From assembly GCA_000165425.1 (NCBI GenBank), contig CT867986.1:573399-637398 (forward strand): a stretch of DNA of 64,000 nt. Direction: 5' to 3'. How positions within the stretch are numbered: position 1 is the first letter of the stretch; every line of letters begins with the position of its first letter. Source of the stretch: Paramecium tetraurelia (lineage: Eukaryota). Below the pieces are notes generated by a model that was given only the letters and a program-made list of their open reading frames with translations, ran no database searches and had not been told where the DNA came from. This document shows, piece by piece, positions 25,378 through 38,888 of the stretch. A program made the position numbers and the translations under genes.

Positions 25378-27074
25378 ATGTAAAACATTAAATATCAGGA
25401 AAGCAAATTTTAGTTTGAATGCTTCAGAAAACACCTCTTGAAGGATGCTACGTATTATGGATATCTTCTACCTAACTTGTTGATTCTGGCAACGGTAGTG
25501 TGATTGCTTATAAATAATAGGTCAAATAGTCACAGACACCAAAATATAAGGTGCCTTTACTATTAACTACCTAAATACATTTCATCACGAAATAGCCTTC
25601 AAATGAGATTGAATAGTTTGGTTTTTTGTATAAAGAGCAATTCAAATATTTTTATGCTAACCCAAATACCATTTTGAAACTAAAAGAACTTATGGCTTGT
25701 CAAGCGATGTTTAAGGAAATAAGTGATTTCTATCAACCCATAAGTATGTTGGGTAGGGGAGGCTCTTCAAAAGTACGGCATATGATTTCCAGTTTAGGTG
25801 TATTTGGTGATGAAAAAGAGGAGTAAAGATCAATACGCTTCGAAGTGTGTGGACAAACGGTACCTAATCGAGGACGGAGGATTTGTAATCAATCGATATT
25901 TAGCATAGAATGGATTATTTAATGAGATTTAGCTAATGCAGAGGATGAACCATCCCAAAATAATACACTTGGAAGAACTGTACGAAGGAGAAAATACATT
26001 TTATTTGATTTTAGAGTATTTATAAGGTTAGAGTTTGCATGAGTCTTTCAACAAGAGACAAGTGTTATTTGAATAGGAATAAATATAAACTATTATGTTT
26101 GTAAAAGAATTTAATCAATTTTAGCAACTCCTAACAGCAGTTTAGTACATGCATTCTTTGGGGATTATGCATAGAGACTTGAAGCCAGAAAACATTATGT
26201 TCAAGAGTCAAAACGCCTATGACGAATTAAAGATAGTGGATTTTGGGTTGGCCACATCAATTCAGGCTGAGACTTATCCCTATCCGAAATGTGGAACACC
26301 TGGTTATGTTGCTCCTGAAATTGCCAACCTCAAAGATTTAAATTAAAAATACGATTTGATTTGCGATATGTTTAGTGTCGGTTGTATCTTCTATAAATTG
26401 TAAATACAGTTTAATTTTTAAGATTGACAGGCAAAGAGCTATTCCCAGGAACAGACTATTAAGAAATCCTAAAGTTAAATAAAAAGTGTTCCATTAATTA
26501 TGAACTCCTCACCCTATACAGAGCACCCAAGGAGGCGATTGAATTGATAGCATTGTTTTTAAAGATTAATCCTAAGGAAAGAATTTCAGCTCAAGCCGCT
26601 TTAGAACACAATTACTTTTAATTAAAATTTTAAACCAAAAGAGCCAAATTTTAACAAAGTAATAATAAATATACTCCTGTCTTTTAAACCCAAAATTTTA
26701 ATCCCAAAGATAATCATTAAAAACAAAACTTCCACATTGAAGATGATGTTGTAGAAGATGAAAATGCTCATTCTCTGAAAGTACCCATAATGCAAAACAT
26801 GAAAACCTTTGGTTAATTCGTTTGTAAAATCAAACCATAAGTTACACCAACTTTAGCCAGAAGGAACTTTAAAAAGTTTTAAACTTCAGACTTTAATTCG
26901 GCATTGTCACCTAACTCCCCTAATCCTTAACTAAATGATCATAAACCCTCTTTAATCATAAATGCTTAAACTTAAGAATTGATCAATGAAATTAATACCA
27001 AAAATGAACATCAAATTAATTAAATGGGTTAAATAGATGAAGAACAAGAAGATCAATTATAACAAAATATATGA
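25378..27074 (+). CDS. Ser/Thr kinase (CAMK-like) with N-terminal PH-like region
   Basis: [33 protein letters not shown]; multiple introns. Confidence 0.9.
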
Positions 27075-27264
27075 TCATTTTATTTTATTCATATATTTAA
27101 CATTTATTTTCTTTTTATTTCTCAATATCCAACTTAATTTAATGCTAACCCAAAACAGAATTTATTAATTTATTATCAATTTAATGACAACTAAATTATG
27201 TGATTATAAATTATGGATAGAGTCATGAATCATAATAAAGATTTAAATTAAATATTTATAGCTA

Positions 27265-27922
27265 TCAATACAATGATTCATAAGTTGTCGTTCTAGGACC
27301 TTGACTAGTTTTTAATTCTAATTTGCTAATATATCTATACTTCTTGAGGAAGATTGACTATGGAGAGTCCTTTTGACCTATTCTTATGCAGCCAACATAT
27401 TCAAATCATCATTCGTTCCTACTACTAATTGATTGATTTACTTGTTTTTCTTTACAAATTCTCTCTATATTTCTTAACCTTTTCGATATCACTAACCCAA
27501 TTTTTTTTAGAATAAGCAGAACTTGCAGACTACAAACGTTTCAATATTGTTTAGTTCTCTGAACATATTTTATTTTACTCTTTTTTTCTCAAATTTTCTA
27601 AGGAACCATGAGTTGGGGGTTATTTAAAACCAGCATTCCTTTCTTGAATTTCCATCATTTTTCTTAATAGCTTACTATTAGATTCTGAGATTTCTTTCTC
27701 ATGAGCTGATATTTATTAAGAAATATGTACTATTGGTATATTTATTAACCAATCTGGAAATTGAATGTCCTGGTTTCCAAGGCTATGAATTATTAACCAA
27801 AGGTTTTGAATTTTAGAGGTTATTTAAATGCATTAATTGCTCCTATTTTATGAGATTCAAAAACATACTTAAGCTATTTTTTTCTTGAAGCATATTGGAT
27901 TAGAATGAATTAAGTTCCACAT
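27265..27922 (-). CDS. CFAP97/Hemingway (KIAA1430)-like ciliary protein
   Basis: Spliced code-6 reading 'HLNNLQNSKPLVNNSQP...EISESNSKLLRKMMEI...SLENLRKKEQNKICSENQTILKRLQSASSAYSKKNW'. Four tiny introns. Confidence 0.7.
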
Positions 27923-28134
27923 TAAAAAAATAAATAATTGTCTAAACACCAAAAAAATTAAATTCGAATGAATTAAAATTTATTTTATGAACCATCTTTT
28001 ACAATTCATTAAACTGTGAAAAGTGTATATACATTCTTTTTCAATAATACAATAGGATTAATAGTATCTATACTAATTACTTTTAAATGTATATATATAT
28101 ATATAATATTTGACATAAGTTGATTATTCATTAT

Positions 28135-29060
28135 TCATGATTATTATGAATTTTGAATTAATTCTCCTAATAATTAAAGTTCAATATCTTATTCTAATCT
28201 TCCACCATTTTCTTTTAATTTTTTAAGATTTTAAGTAATTTTCTTTTACATTAATTAAAATCGCTTTCTGGTACTATTCTATGGTGAAGACTGACGAGAA
28301 GCTTTCTTTGATAGTATTCTCTCAGAATCCAACTTAAATTTTAAAGCAAAGACTTTACTCATCTCTTCTGGGGTTTGTGAATCAATCAGCAACTCCTCAA
28401 TATACCCAGTTTCAACTCTAAACAACCAACCATGAACCATAATGGCTATTATATAATATTATTCATATAGTACGATTTCCTTTTTGCCAAGACTTCTAAA
28501 TGATAGGATTTTTCCAGATGTTCATAACTTGAGCTCTAACATTCAATGAACTAAGACAATTCACTTTATCATCCTCACTTTCTAGTGATTCGATAAGATC
28601 TTGATGTTTCTCGTACACTATTTTGATCTGATTCAACCATAAGTCAAGCAACCCTCCCACAGATTATTAGGTCATTGCTGCCTTTATACCACCACAACAT
28701 GTGTGACCCATTACAATAATACTATGGATATTAAGATGTTCCACTGCATACTAAATTACACAGTTCGACTTTAAAGAATATAGTGTTTATCATTACATTC
28801 AAATCAGTTGGTATCATCAAATTAGCAATATTCCTATGGATGAATATCTCCCCAGGGTCTGTTTCTGTCAACTCGTTTGGAGGAGCCCTGGAATCTGAAC
28901 ATCCAATGAGTAAGTACTTTGGACTCTGTCCTTTTGACAAATTTTTAAAGTAGTTATCATCTGATGCTAGTTTTTTGGCCACGTATCGCCTGTTTCCTTC
29001 CAGTACTCTGTTATAATGAGTGATCTCTTATATACTATTGCTAACTATCTGTTAATTCAT
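28135..29060 (-). CDS. Beta-class carbonic anhydrase
   Basis: [42 protein letters not shown] zinc ligands, VHGWLF..ETG. Confidence 0.95.
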
Positions 29061-29407
29061 AGATAATTAATATGAAATGACATAATCATATAAATCAAAG
29101 GCAATTTACTAAATTTTATGGAATTCATCTCATCATCAAAATCACTCAACAACATTTATATTATTTAATTTAAATTTTGATATAATATATATATATTCAA
29201 TAAATATATATTTGATTACTTATGTGAATTAAATTTCGAATGATCATCAACCTTATTGAAAGAGGAACATCTGATATTGCTTCCAGAAATAAGATGAAGG
29301 TAATTGTCATAATTTTAGATGATTTTCTTTAATTATATAGTTCTAGATTTATCTAAATTTTAGTATAAAAATAATGAAGCCAGGAAATATATAAATAATT
29401 TAAAATA

Positions 29408-29824
29408 ATGAATTAGAAAAAATATAAAAAAATGAGAACTAAAAATAAGCACAAACTCAAGGATGAAGTATCAACGGAAATTGAATTATATAATAAAGAA
29501 AAAATCATTTTAAAAAGGTTAGCGGAAAATTAAAATATTGAATATTTAGTCCAAAATCAAAAATAGGAGATTTGGAAAAGATGTGAGGAAATCGATCTAG
29601 AATTAATCAATATCTATGAAGAAAACCAAAAACAATTTCCTAAAATCTTAGGAAAAACCTTAATTAGAATTTGTGATCTTGAAGTCAAAAATGATTAAAA
29701 ATATTTGAGAGTTCAATTAGAGGGAGAAAACTAACTGTAGCTTTTTCCCTATTCTTTTTTGAAACTTCACGTTCCTCACCAGCTAGTACAATTTTTACTT
29801 TCGATTTATAATCCATATTTGTGA
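29408..29824 (+). CDS. 138-aa protein ending in a chromo-shadow-like domain
   Basis: Intronless code-6 ORF whose C-terminus 'RICDLEVKNDQKYLRVQLEGENQLQLFPYSFLKLHVPHQLVQF' aligns without gaps, by eye, to the HP1 chromo shadow pattern. Confidence 0.6.
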
Positions 29825-29841
29825 TTTATTTTATAAATTAA

Positions 29842-30660
29842 ATGTCATCTACTTTGAAGTAAATGGTGTTTCCTCCCATCGGTAAACATATCGAGGATTT
29901 GCAACATCAGTTGAAAGATTCTGTTCAACAATACAAGGCGGATAGGCATAGAGAGTATAAAGATATAAAGAAGAAGAGATTGAAAGAAATTAATGAAGAA
30001 AATAAATACAAGATCTTTCATCGGAAGGGTAGAATTCATTTTCTAAATTAGTTTTCAATTCTTAAAGCAAACAATATGGAGGCATTTTTGAGAAGGAAAA
30101 GGATATCTATTTATGTAAGGAACCCTTAATAAACGATTATCTGAAATATCACATAATAGAGCCATAAAGAAATTTAGAGAAAGGACTGATTGAGAGTAGA
30201 TAATTCAGTTTAAATTAGTTAAAACTGGAACAAAAGAGTTTTTGGATGCCAGTTGTTTTGGAGAAGTTCCGTTATAGAAATTAGGAGAAAAGGAAAGAAA
30301 GTTAAGAGAATTTTGGATAAAGGAAGGGGAAAGATAAGCAAAGATCAGATTTAAGGCCTTAATAGATTCACAAACAGGAGTCCAAAAAAAATTAAATCAA
30401 TCGAAAAGATTGAAAGAATTAAAAGTCTTTATCCCAAATAAATTCACTCTCGATTTATTTGATGAACATCCATCATAAATTTTAGCATTAACGTAATTAA
30501 AAGCAATTAAACTATTAGACAATTACATTCACATTCAAAAACTATGAAATGGAAACCCAATAGTTTTTATGGAGAAGTATTCGATAATAGTTTCTGCAAG
30601 ATATCTGATTAAAACCAATCTATATTAAAAGATATTGAAAAGACAGAGTAACTAGAATGA
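29842..30660 (+). CDS. Hypothetical basic/coiled-coil protein
   Basis: ORF MSSTLKQMVFPPIGKHIEDLQHQL..., internal introns not fully resolved, TGA at 30658-30660. Confidence 0.5.
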
Positions 30661-30698
30661 ATAATAAAGAATGTCTTTTTAATAAATTTGATAAAATT

Positions 30699-32385
30699 TC
30701 AATCCTTTTTTGCATATTTTAACAAAGGATTGTTTTCAGCCTGCTTAGCAAATCTCGATGGTTTTATTTATGGTGATGGCTAATATTATTAGTTGTTCTT
30801 CTTTGTAGGAGTTCCAATAGATTAAGCACTGTCTATAGAATCAACTTTTCCTTTTAACAAGGGGGAATCATGTCCCACTACTTTAGTAGAATCAATTTAT
30901 TTTTATTGCTAAATTTACTTTTGCATCAAAAGACCTGGAGATTGTTTTGGTGATTGAAGAGGGGAGTTGATGTTTCTTGTAGCATCAAATTTAGAATACC
31001 TAAAATAACATCTATAATATTACTCATCATTGATTTTATTCATCATATTCTGAATTTCATTACCCTCGTCGATTTCGTCTATGCTCTATTGATCTTCCTT
31101 TTCTGCTTCTAACATAATCTTGGCCATATCTGATAGGAATGCATGATGTAAGCATTTTTCAGCATTTATCCTTTTTTTTGGATCCTTTTCTAACATTTGC
31201 TTTAATAAATCAACTGCAGCCCCAGGAGCATTTTAGAGTTATTTAATTTCAAAATCTACACTTGCCTCTCTGTTTTATTTGACAACAGTAGCATAACTTT
31301 TGCCGTTGAAGGCTGGCTTACCTGTCAATAATAAATAAAAGACTAATCCCAAACTATAGATGTCACAAATAGAGGAGTATTTAGATTTCATATCCTTTAT
31401 GTTGATCACTTCAGGTGCCACGTAACCAGGAGTACCACATCTGCAATATAAATAAACTGGTTCATTCACATGAGTAGCCAAACCAAAATCAGCTATTACT
31501 ACTGATTCCATTTTCCTAATGTAATCTAATTAAATTTTACTTTGAAACTTTAAATAGGATATTTTCAAGTTTTAAATCTCTATGCATTATCTCTTTTTTA
31601 TGCATTTCCTGCAGACCAATTAATATGCCAACCATTATCTGTTGGATTTGTTTTGTATTGATAGGCACTTTATCTTTGATTAGATCGTACAATGAGCCTC
31701 CCTCTAACAATTCTAAGGCTACGTATAAGGAATTCGAAGTTTCATAGACTTCAAACAATTTCATCAGATGCTTGTTATGCAATCTCCTCATGATTGCTAT
31801 TTCATTTAAAATTGCTTCCTTTCCATTTTCCTCTGCATATGCTGCCTATTTTGCAAAGGCTTTGATTGCCATCTCTTCCCCATCCTCAATTCTTTCAGCC
31901 ATATAGACCTGTTATAATATATAGATTGCATACTGTTGCAAAATTTCCCTTCCCAATTTTTTTATAAACTCTAAACATATTATGAAATTGCCATTAATTG
32001 ATCCTCGGACTTAGAAATTGTCTCCATTCAAGTATCAATTTGGAAGACGCACTCAATTTGTAGGTAGGCATAATTCCTGCATTGTCTCTTAAGAATTGAA
32101 TTCCTATTATTGGGCCTAAGGAATCATCATCTTCGTCTTTTTTTTAAATGGCTTATCTTAAGATTTCAAATTTAGTATCGAATTCTAACTTAATACACTT
32201 TTTGAATTATCCATCCTTTGAGTTAATATAGGAGTACAATCTACCTTAACACAAACTACGTAATGATCATATCCATAAAGTAGCCTAGTTTTCCCATTTG
32301 GTTTAGTAAATTCGCCTTAGATGATGAGATGCTCTTGTTTTGGTTTGAAATCGTTCGGAATTGGAATCCACAGTTTTTAATGCAT
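30699..32385 (-). CDS. Ser/Thr kinase (CAMK-like) with PH-like N-terminus
   Basis: LGKGNFATVY, AIK, HRDLKLEN, ADFGLA, CGTPGYVAPE. Start codon approximate. Confidence 0.9.
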
Positions 32386-32892
32386 CAAAATTTTGAAATA
32401 ATAATAATTAAAGTGAGAATGTTAATGCTCTTGTTTAAATAGTTTAAAAAATAATAATTAACATTTATTAATAATCCATATGTAAGAATATAAACGTGTA
32501 ATAATCAAAATTATAATGCGATTTTGACTTGTAGGTTCGAAAATAAAGATAAGATCAAAAACATCCTGAGCTTTAAAAATTACCATCTTGAATCCGCTTT
32601 TCAATACCTTCCAAGCCTCCCCCTTATTAACATTATAATATTAATAATGCCGCAAGTTAATATAAAATAAATTATTTCATAATGAAGTAAGAAATTGTTT
32701 TATTCTCATTGAAGATTAAAAGTAAACCTTAATGCCATAAAATGGAAATTCCTAGTAAAATTTAGCAATGTTTATTGTTTCTTTGACAATTTTAATTCTT
32801 CTGGCTAATATAACTTGATAAATTAATTTAGACAGTTAGAGAAGAAAAACACAAAAATGTTTCAATTTAAAACAATATTTATAATTATATCT

Positions 32893-34500
32893 TCATGTGA
32901 AATTTTTAGTTTGTCTAAAGTAATTTATGAATATCTTCAAATCTGAATTATCAAAATTATATTGATTTTATACTAATCTATTCTACATTTTACCGATCTA
33001 ACCTTTTATGACAAGTCTAACCATTTTGTTCATTTTAATAATTTATGGAAACTACTTTTGTTCTTCATGCAAACATTCTTCATTTTTTTTATTGGAATTA
33101 ATATTATGCATCAGGCCGATTACACTCAATAACAAGTTTGATACCTCGGTCGATTAAAAATAATATTTATTTCTAAAAACTCCATTATTGAAAGATTTAA
33201 CTTGCTTATTAAAAAGATGAGCATTAGTTTGCATAATTATAATGTTCAGTTGATTTAATAATAGAAATGAAACCATATATGTAAGAAATATGATTAATAG
33301 AGTTATGCTAAGGAATATAATGAGATGCTATTGAATGATGCTATTGTACTGGTCAACAATGAGGGATAATTATAAATATTACAGTAGTTTCAAGTAATTC
33401 GTGTTTTTCACAAGTAAGAGAATATATGGGGTTCCATTAATAGTTGCAGTTTGAATAATACTAGAATCGTTTAATTTAGAATTATATCTGCACAGAACAT
33501 TTTTGTATTCTTAGATGTTGCTGCAACTGCTTGAATAATTTAATTGATTGTGATAATTTACTATTTACTCAAAATCTGTTTAATTGAAACCAGAATAGTT
33601 TTAATCTGTTATAGAAAATATAGTTTAATTTGGATTGTCGTAAAGTCTACTATAAATGACCTACCCTTTCAAATTAATAATGGTGACTGTGGTTGAGTCA
33701 TCTTGATATTTAAAAGCTTTCGTCTAATTAAAGTCAATATCTTTGGCAATCACTCCTTCTATTTCTTGATTGAGACTTATCAAATTCGAGGTCATAGCAA
33801 TCCGAATCCCACCTCCAGTAAGGAAGATTTAATAGGGATTGCCATAAATGAGTTAACTTAAGTTAGTGTTGTTGGTCGTTTAATTTCTATGAAATGTATA
33901 CCATGGTCTTGAGTGCGGTTTAAATCCCGGTTTAAAATAAAAACCTTAACTCAGAGTATAGAATTATGCGTAATTTGCATGACTGAAATATAAAGCTTAG
34001 GTGTTATCTATTGAGTTTCTAAATTGAGTGAGAATTGATGTTATTTTATACACTATTTGTAATTCTTCAATGTCATCTTATGTACAGGTTGTATTGAATA
34101 TTCCGAAACAGAATGAAGAACTATAGCAATAGGTATCATTTGTGTTTTCTTTATTCAAGCATTATACTGGATCGACAGTATTAAATGAAGTTGACTAAAA
34201 GTATTGATTTAACTTATTGATCAGCTATATCTGGTTGCTTGCAGAATTCAAGAGTGTAAGGATGTTATTCTTATACATCCATACACTATTCAATTCTGCT
34301 TTTGTTTACCTTATAAATATTACATCTGCAGATTCTTTAATGCTTTTTTATACCAAAATTTGGCCAACAATTATGATTGCTGTCAATAAAGCAAAAACCA
34401 AAATTAAACTAGCAATCTATATTGTAAGTATTTGATGTCGAACTCTCCAATTCTTATTAATGTACCAATACTTTTTCTTTATCAATTCATTTAATATCAT
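32893..34500 (-). CDS. Two-TM membrane protein with extracellular Cache-like sensor domain
   Basis: N-terminal TM, 'FKPHSRPWY...IYGNPY...VGIRIAMTSNLI...GVIAKDIDF' Cache-type pattern, second TM, short cytoplasmic tail without a catalytic domain. Confidence 0.6.
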
Positions 34501-35071
34501 TTATTTATTACTATTAGAGTTTATAATTCAAAATAAACAGAAGATATTTTAGTGTATTAATCAATATTATATTTTTAAGAAAATCATTCAAAATCTCAAT
34601 GAATTATGAGTACATAATTAATAAAGAATATAAAACTATGCTAAAATTTTTCAATTATAAATTTCGTAAGTCTTGGCTATTTATAATTTCTTTTTTTAAT
34701 TATAATGTTTAATTATATTATTGATAACGCATCTGTAACATCTAAAGTTACTTAGGTTGGGTGATTTTTTAAACAATGATAACTATATTAATTATGTCCT
34801 AGCATTATAATTATTTATTTAATTGGCTGGCAATAAAAAATGTAAGGAATGCAGAGATATAAAATACTATTCTTGATATGTGTGGTTATCTGACATATAA
34901 AAGTCAAGGATGATGAAAAATGAGTAGTTAAATGGGTAATTGAAATTTTGCATCGACCCCAGTGGATTTGAAAGTGAGGATACTTTCAATAATGGTATTT
35001 AGGTGAATTATTTAATCGTTTTATGTAATATTTACTAAATCAATTTTAATCATATAATTGCTAACTTAAAT

Positions 35072-37672
35072 ATGAGCAAAATTGTTCCACTTCCAATAAA
35101 ATCAAGTGCGATAGTCATTAAAGAACAAGAGGATGACATCAGACCAGTATGAAAGTATAATTAACTTTAGAGCGACCCTGTCAAGGCAAATTAATACATG
35201 TTATAAAACATGTTTTTCAAGCAGGATGAAACTGGTCATCCAACTCCATATGAATTCACAGTGGGATTGGATGAATTCAAAAAACATGGTTTAGGATTGT
35301 ATTTGTACTTTAAATTCTTGGAATACACTATCTATGTATTCCTGATCATGAGTATAATTGCAAGCATAGTTTGTTATTTCAATTCTACTGGAAATGGCTT
35401 AGATGCATGGAAGAACCTAAATCTACTCTAAGTAATCTTGAATTCTATTATTAGAAATTGAGCGTTGGCAACCAAGAAAAAATTAAAAGTAGTACTGGAA
35501 CTGAATATACTACATCAGATATTTCAGATTTTTATAATAACTCGTAAACCTGGCTATCGACTTTGACTTGGATGGATTTCAGTTACACATTGATATTCAT
35601 ACTCTTTTATTTAGCCTTTTCATATTGGTCTAACAAGGAAATCAAGGAGTCCATGGTGAAAGAAAAGGTTCCTGCCAATTTTTCATTAGGAGTAAGCATC
35701 TAACAATAGCAATAGATAAAAGGACTGAGGGAGGATGAGAGAGATCCGGGAAAGCTGAAAGGGTTCATCGAAGATCTGGGATTTAAGGTCAAAGAAGTGA
35801 AATTCGCTAAGAACTACTCAAACACCTTATTATTGCACAAACAAGAAGCTGAATTGAAAATCTTAATCAAAGGAGAAGATATCAAAGCCCAATTTCCAGA
35901 GTAAGCTTTCTATCCTATCTATTTAGTTGTGACCCAGCAGTCAAACAGAAATATATGAAGTAATTATAGGAGATATAGGTTGAAAGAGAAACAATTATCA
36001 AGAATATTATAGGGAAAAGGTTAAGACATGATGAATACCCTACTTTAATGGCATTTGTGATATTCGAAAGAATTGGAGACAAAAATTTGTTTATTAAAGA
36101 ATATAAAGCAAATACTAATTACAGTGTTTTTTAAACTTTTTGTTGCGGCAAAAAAGTAGATGACAAGTATTTGTTTAGAGGCAATGTTTTAAAAATAATA
36201 CCTTAAGTAGACAACCCAAGCAATATTAATTGGGAAAATCTTGAAGTTTCTTCATCAAACAGATTTTTAAGGCAAATATTAGTTGGTTTTGGAGTGTTTT
36301 GTTTAATGATCATTACCTTTTTCATCGTCTTTGCCATAAATGTTGTAAGCAAATACAGTCCAGAAGATTGTGAAATAAGAGATTACACTTATGAAAACAC
36401 ATAGAAATGGATAAGTGAGGCTACTACGTCAAGTGATAAAACTTAAATCCAATAATGTTTTTGCATGAACTTGAGTCTAACAACCCTTTATGCAGATTAT
36501 TTTAATTACTGTACAGATATTGTGTATTAATATACTGGAATATAAGCATTGTAAATAGTTTCTGCCTTTGTTATTCTAATTGTAAACAGTTTACTGCAAT
36601 TACTAATAAAAAGTATTGTGATTTTCGAGAGATATCAGAGTTTAAGTAAGAAACTATCAGGCACACTAACTAAACTCTTTATATCATTATTTGTCAATAC
36701 TGCTCTGATTACCTTGATTTTGAAGGCAAATATTTATGGATTCAAACTATCCTACTATTTGAGTTCTCCGATTCCTCCTTTGCAATCAGCATAATAAAAG
36801 GAGGTTTTCCCTTCGGATTTTAATAGAGAGTGGTATGCAGTAGTGGGAGCAGCATATGTCAACACTTGGATAATCAATATATTTTCTCCATATTTTGTTG
36901 ACTTTGTGCTTTACCCAATAAGAAATTGGTTTAGAAAGAGAGAAGCACTTACTGCTAAAATTTAGAGAGACTTGAACAGACTCTCTGTTGGGCCAGAATT
37001 TAATCTTGACTTATACTATGCCAATCTCCTTAACACCATATTTGTAACCTTATTTTACTCTTCTCTTATCCCATTAATGTTGCCATTAGGATTCTTTGCA
37101 CTAGTTATGCACTTTTTGGTTCAGAAGTTCCTGCTTCTGAAATATTATCGTAAACCTCCTTCATATGATGAGGCCTTACATGATTCAGTCTTCACTTTAC
37201 TTCCCTATTCTATTATTTTGCATATTTTGGTAGCAATATGGACTTATGGCCACCCTTATATATTCCCTTCATCCTCAGATGCTCTAGTTGAGAATGGGGG
37301 TCTCCTGGATGTATCAAAAGATTCAATCTGGATCAGAATTTCAAACTCTTCATAATTGTCGATTTTGGGAGTATTATTTGTCATTATCCTGGTCATTAAA
37401 TACTTTTTGATTAACCCTCTGTCCTATTTAGTAAAGCTTTGTTTCGACAGTGAGGCAGTGGTATTTATTTATTAATATGAAAGGTCGTAGATTTTGCTTA
37501 AGAGGAAACTTATGATTAGATTTATGATCAGATATCATCGATTTAACTGGCAACATATGAAATAAGGGAAAATGAAAATTACAAGGATTTGGTATATTCT
37601 CTCGACTCAGATCAACGATCCCCAACCTAAAGAAAATCAGAAGAAGAAAGAGTACCCTTGCAAGATATATGA
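35072..37672 (+). CDS. OSCA/TMEM63 (CSC1-like) or TMC-superfamily cation channel
   Basis: 'HGLGLYLYFKFL', 'AFVIFE', 'DNPSNINWENL', 'FPSDFNREWY..VG', 'GPEFNLDLYYANLL..FVTLFYSSLIPL', 'KFLLLKYYRKPPSYDE'. Confidence 0.85.
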
Positions 37673-37916
37673 TTTATTCAATATATGTTGTAATTCATTT
37701 AATTTTCACACTAGTATTTCTAAAAAATTCAGATATATTTTTATTTGATTTCTAATAGATTTCTCAGAAGTTCTGTGTAATATCTTCATTCTCTATGAGA
37801 CTTCGCTGAATCTTGCCCTGTCTATGTATTCTTATATAGATGAAGCCAATTGAAGTCTTGTAAATGGTTATCTAAATTGGTTTCAAACATGATGCAGAAT
37901 CTCATCAAGCTCAAAA

Positions 37917-38761
37917 TCATTTGGATTTTCGAAAACAAATAATATCATCAAACTCTTCTAATAATTCAGCAAATTCTTCAATTTTATGAAATTTAATTTT
38001 AACTTCATCATCATCTATTTGATTAATGAGATAGCTTGTCTATTCATATTTAAGCAATAGTGACATCTCTCTATCTTCATGCTTGAGTAGCTCTTTTAAA
38101 TTTGAGTCTGTAATTACCTAAGATTTTTCTGCTTCATATTTTAATTTTTTTCTATTTTTTAATTCTACCATTCTTTTTCCAATTTCATAACCTTTTTAAT
38201 GGTGCCATTAGAATTGATTAATGGGGACAATTGCTATTTGTTTTCAATCTCTTTTAAATTGAATTTTAGGTACATTTTAATGGAATAAATCAAATTACTT
38301 TTTCATCAAGTTATTTTGTTTTTCAATAATCCTCACTGAATGCTCAATCTAATCAATTCTTTTTTCTAAAATCTACCAATAATCAATCTCTTAATCAATT
38401 TCATTTTATAGCTGTATCTCTGGAATCTCTATAACCTAATCATTCTTGATCTTAATATCTACTTACATGATCTTTTTTTATTATTAATGTAGATCAATTC
38501 AGCCAAGATCTTTTAATATCCTGCCACTTCAACATCATCATTTTTTCTATAGATTGTCTTAATTAATTTCATAGAAAAGTCTCTTATTTACATTGTTTTA
38601 GTTGTTGATCGACTATCTTCATTACTAATTTTTAGTGCTTGAGTTTTTGGTTACATCAATCTTAATGCAGCCAATTGTTCTCTTAATACATTATCGATGC
38701 TCACTTTATGCAAAAAGATATTGGTTTTAGTTTTGGTTACTACTCTTCGAAATGAATTCAT
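37917..38761 (-). CDS. Coiled-coil hypothetical protein (3' end ambiguous)
   Basis: ORF MNSFRRVVTKTKTNIFC...; first TGA at 37917-37919, but coding-like sequence continues to about 37700 in other frames. Confidence 0.45.
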
Positions 38762-38888
38762 TTAAATATTGAAATTTAGTAAATTCAATTAATATAAATA
38801 AATGCAGTATCTTTATTTTATTAGGGAGAGAGGGATGTTAAAAAAAAGAGCATTATTTTACAATATATTTAATTTTCAATAAGAGTTT

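Noticed and set aside
34968..34989. 8-bp hairpin and nearby GATGATGA (possible C/D snoRNA)
   Set aside because: No properly placed D box or terminal stem; cannot be supported without a covariance-model search.
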